Both the position numbers and the translations under genes were made by a program. The notes below the pieces were generated by a model. That model was not told the DNA's origin. It did no database searches and saw only the letters and a list, made by a program, of their open reading frames with translations. A DNA stretch of 64,000 nucleotides, from positions 18,662,001-18,726,000 of the forward strand of contig CATNEN010000038.1 of assembly GCA_950097015.1 (NCBI GenBank), read 5' to 3'. Origin of the DNA: Macrostomum hystrix (Eukaryota > Animalia > Platyhelminthes). This document shows positions 60,291 to 64,000 of this stretch, one piece after another (the stretch's first letter is position 1; every line of letters starts with the position of its first letter).

Positions 60291-60867
60291 GGCTGACTCC
60301 TGAGCACACACGCACACACAGATACTGTACGCAGACACACGCACACACAGATACTGTACGCAGACACACGCACACACAGATAATGTACGCAGACACACGC
60401 ACACACAGATACTGTACGCAGACACACGCACACACAGATACTGTACGCAGACACACGCACACACAGATAATGTACGCAGACACACGCACACACAGATACT
60501 GTACGCAGACACACGCACACACAGATACTGTACGCAGACACACGCACACACAGATACTGTACGCAGACACACGCACACACAGATACTGTACGCAGACACA
60601 CGCACACACAGATACTGTACGCAGACACACGCACACACAGATACTGTACGCAGACACACGCACACACAGGTTTATACATCTGCCCTGACTTTCTCATCGT
60701 CAGGCAGTGTACATTTCACTGTGCCTTGCAGGTTGGCCCTCAAGGGTGTAACTTGCACCACAATCGCCAAGCCTTCTCTCCCAAATAAATGTGGCCTCGC
60801 CGTGGAATTGAACTTAAGAACCGTGGTTCGAGAGACAAACGCGTTAACCGATCTGCCACCGACCCCC
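60291..60867 (-). mobile_element. SINE family A copy interrupted by a 29-bp minisatellite (60305-60669)
   Basis: gctgactcctgagcacac on the left and acatctgccctgactttctcatcgtcaggcagtgtaca on the right are contiguous in the 32835 copy. Confidence 0.85.
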
Positions 60868-61564
60868 AAAAACTTCTAAGAAGAAAGATTTTAAATTCTA
60901 CATATTATCCCCCACTTTTTTTGCTTGCTCTACTTAAAGTAGTCGTTCGCGTATTTTTTAAATTGATTGTTAAGGTGTTGAAATATCGAGGGGACAACGT
61001 GAATATGTACCTGTAAAATAGATTAGATACAAATTTTAACCAAAGGGGTTTGGAAGATGTCAATTACTCGTACATTAAAATATATCTGGCACACTTTATC
61101 CAGACTTTTTGCAATGCTAAAAATAGCGCCTAGAATATAATGCGACATCACGATCTAAAAAAGCATTGCCAATTTGAAATAATTAAATAAATGAAACCGA
61201 AATCTCTGGCAATGCGACTGGGAGAATAATTAGTTCTTGTTTCAGACGAGAAATAATGATCTCATTATAACGATCTCTTCTTTTCGTCCTAAAGAGAAAA
61301 AGACACACTCGCTCAAGAAAATGCTTATCAAACGCTTCATAAAGCGAAATCAATGACTCCCTTAGATTATTTTGACTAATGAGAACTGCAGTTATTCAAT
61401 ATTGGACTATCTTGGTAGTCAGGCCTACCCTGGCTAGGCCTATTTGAAGCTTATATCTATAACCAATCGATTTTAACAGAAAAGGAATGACTCATTGATA
61501 AACGACGCAGGGATTTGATAAAGATTAGATAAGATGAGAGTATTAGGTGAAGAAACCTGACGTG

Positions 61565-61976
61565 TATGAGATTAGATTTAAGTATGAGAGTAGATAATAG
61601 AGCTATGAGGTTAGAGTTAGGTATGAGAGTAGATAATAGAGCTATGAGGTTAGAGTTAGGTATGAGAGTAGATAATAGAGCTATGAGGTTAGAGTTAGGT
61701 ATGAGAGTAGATAATAGAGCTATGAGGTTAGAGTTAGGTATGAGAGTAGATAATAAAGCTATGAGGTTAGAGTTAGGTATGAGAGTAGATAATAGAGCTA
61801 TGAGGTTAGAGTTAGGTATGAGAGTAGATAATAGAGCTATGAGGTTAGAGTTAGGTATGAGAGTAGATAATAGAGCTATGAGGTTAGAGTTAGGTATGAG
61901 AGTAGATAATAGAGCTATGAGGTTAGAGTTAGGTATGAGAGTAGATAATAGAGCTATGAGGTTAGAGTTAGGTATG
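61565..61976. repeat. 39-bp minisatellite (gtatgagagtagataatagagctatgaggttagagttag) x~10
   Basis: Directly visible. Confidence 0.97.
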
Positions 61977-62391
61977 TGATGCAATATAAATGAAATGAAA
62001 ATAGGTGTTAATTGTAGTAGGAGTGGATATGACAGTGCATATGACAAGACATATTGGCGCTAGAAATGTGTGTTTTAGCATATAAAAAAGTAAGAAAAAG
62101 CTTCAATTGAAGCTGATTTCGTAGAATTTTCTTGAAAAATCCCATTCTGGCTCCTATTGCTGTTCTCGACTGACCCTCTTATTATGTATATTTTTGTCGC
62201 TCAATCTAGAAATCATGCGAAGCAGCAAAAAAATTATTACGTAATCTTTCAAGCGGCCTAGGTGACATGAGTTGAGCTTGACTAATAAAATGTAATGCTA
62301 ATATACAAGTAAGTAAAAAAATAAAATATGTTTTACCAACACACCTATCTGTCGGACTTAATGGGTCACTAAATCTACTTCAATAAATTCA

Positions 62392-63200
62392 ATGAGGATT
62401 CGGATGAGGGCTGATATCATGATGAGGGCAGGGATTGGGATCAAGATGAGGATTGAGATTGGGATTGGGATTTGTATCAGGAACAGGAATGGAATCAGGA
62501 TTTGGATCGGGATCCCGATTTGGATTGCGATCAGGATTTGGATTGGGATTGAGATTTGATTCTGATTGATATCAGGATTGGGATTCGGTTTCGGATTGGG
62601 ATTGGGATTGGGATCAGGATTGGGATTCGGTTTCGGATTGGGATTGGGATCAGGATTGGGATCGGGATTTTGATTGCGATCAGGATTGGGATTGCGATTT
62701 GGATTTGGATTGGGATCAGGATTGGGATCAGGATTGGGATCAGGATTGGGATTGGGATCAGGATTGGGAACAGGATTGGGATCGGGATTGGGATTGGGAT
62801 TTGGATCACGATTGGGATAGGGTTTGGGTTTGGGATTAGTATTGTGATCAGTATTGTGATCAGGATTGGGATCAGGATTGGGATTTGGTTTCGGATCAGG
62901 ATTGTGATTGGGATCAGGATTGGGATCGGGATTGTGATTGGGATCAGGATTGGGGTCAGGATTGGGATCAGGATTGGGATTGGGTTTGGGATCAGGATTG
63001 GGATCGGGATTGTGATTGGGATCAGGATTGGGGTCAGGATTGGGATCAGGATTGGGATTGGGTTTGGGATCAGGATTGGGATTGGGATCAGGATTTGGAT
63101 AGGGTTTGCGATTGGGATCAGGATTAGGATAGGGTTTGGTATTGGGATCAGGATTGGGATCAGGATCGGGATTGGGATTGAGATTGAGATTGGGATTGGG
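62392..63200. repeat. Degenerate hexamer array (GGATTG/GGATCA) just downstream of the neprilysin-like stop
   Basis: Directly visible. Confidence 0.95.
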
Positions 63201-63236
63201 CAAGAAAGCAGCAGGATTCCGATCGAGTCAGCCGAA

Positions 63237-64000
63237 CTACCAGAACATGCACTTTCTCTTTGGATTCATCGGCGAACCCTTCGGACAGCCGAAGGCGTCA
63301 GCGAAGTGCGGTGATTGCCGGGCGACCCCCAGAACTCGCCGCCGATTCGAGCTGTGCGTGGCGGCAGAGCTGCCGAAGACCAGTTGGATTGCTTTGACGT
63401 CGGCTTTGGCGCACCAGGACTGCGCCAGCTGAACAAAGAACAGCTGCTTGTTGGTGAGGCCCGAGACAATGCCAGGCAGAGACGGCGCCGCTTCAATGTC
63501 GCCATCCGTGGCCGTCAGCAGACCGCGGTAGGCGGCCGATTCGCCGATGACGTCGGCGACGTCGTTGCTGAGGCTGCCGAAGCCGCCGGAGCTGGAGTCC
63601 GGCAGAGTCAGGTAGTCCTCGTGGACGCACTTCATTCGCTTCAGATAGCCGACCTCGGTGGCCGAGTCCCAGATATGCCCCACGGCGCCGTCCTTGCTGA
63701 GCGTGTGACCGTAGGCGTCGAAGGCGTGCCCGATCTCGTGTCCGGCGATGAAGCCGAGGCCGGCCAGATTGGCGTACACCGGGTAGCCCGGGTGGTACAT
63801 CGGCGGCTGCAGCAGAGCCAGCGGGAAGATCACCCGATTCTCCCTGAAATAATTGTACGCGTTCACCACCAGAGTGTTGAGAGTGGCGAACACAGACGCG
63901 GTGAAGTTCGGCGTCAAAGCCTGCAGGGCGCGCGCCTGATAGGCGCATAGGGCTGCCAGGTAGAGAGAAGCAAAGTCGGCGTCAGTTGTTGAGGCCGCGT
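63237..64000 (-). CDS. M13 (neprilysin/ECE-like) metallopeptidase homologue, C-terminal domain; continues beyond window
   Basis: VNAYN, I.FP...LQPP.Y, GFIAGHEIGHAFD (HExxH, 63726-63740), KQLFFVQLAQSWC, HS...RVLG, F..AFGCPKGSPMNPKRKCMFW. Frame stays open to base 64000. Confidence 0.93.
   Translation of the reverse strand, partial: AASTTDADFASLYLAALCAYQARALQALTPNFTASVFATLNTLVVNAYNYFRENRVIFPLALLQPPMYHPGYPVYANLAGLGFIAGHEIGHAFDAYGHTLSKDGAVGHIWDSATEVGYLKRMKCVHEDYLTLPDSSSGGFGSLSNDVADVIGESAAYRGLLTATDGDIEAAPSLPGIVSGLTNKQLFFVQLAQSWCAKADVKAIQLVFGSSAATHSSNRRRVLGVARQSPHFADAFGCPKGSPMNPKRKCMFW

Noticed and set aside
62392-63200. Interstitial telomere
   Set aside because: The unit is GGGATT/GGATCA, the reverse (not reverse complement) of TTAGGG.
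35192-63314. Many long repetitive ORFs (37902, 44545, 50653, 56759, 59068, 61566, 62358 NP/DP 'circumsporozoite-like', etc.)
   Set aside because: All coincide with tandem arrays lacking stops by chance; they are intronic or intergenic with no domains.
63266-63950. Overlapping/antisense ORFs on GC-rich exons (also 89-598, 17242-17610, 49062-49733)
   Set aside because: Shadows of real coding sequence caused by high GC3.

Overview
Eukaryotic (animal) genomic DNA with GC-rich exons, AT-rich GT-AG introns and a very high density of local minisatellites. This style resembles free-living flatworms such as Macrostomum, but that is an inference. Seven protein genes were reconstructed by hand with frame-consistent splice sites: (1) 3' part of an Mx-like dynamin-family GTPase (+); (2) a 15-exon LRRC43 orthologue (+); (3) a 16-exon EFCAB6-like EF-hand protein (+); (4) an InaF-motif microprotein (-); (5, 6) two 2-exon class A peptide-type GPCRs (+); (7) the 3' end of an M13/neprilysin-family gene (-). 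Mobile DNA comprises two tRNA-headed SINE families and two MITEs with exact 8-bp target-site duplications. About 35 unrelated tandem arrays make up roughly a third of the window and generate most of the long ORFs in the track, which are spurious. Main points of interest: the Mx-like protein has a degenerate G4/G-interface motif (TCPDLVN instead of TKPDLVD); the neprilysin lacks its third zinc ligand; and the satellite landscape shows arrays abutting splice donors, one born inside a SINE, one copied in inverted orientation into a neighbouring tract, and one made of ~30 perfect 5' splice-site decoys. No prokaryotic-type system (CRISPR etc.) is present.
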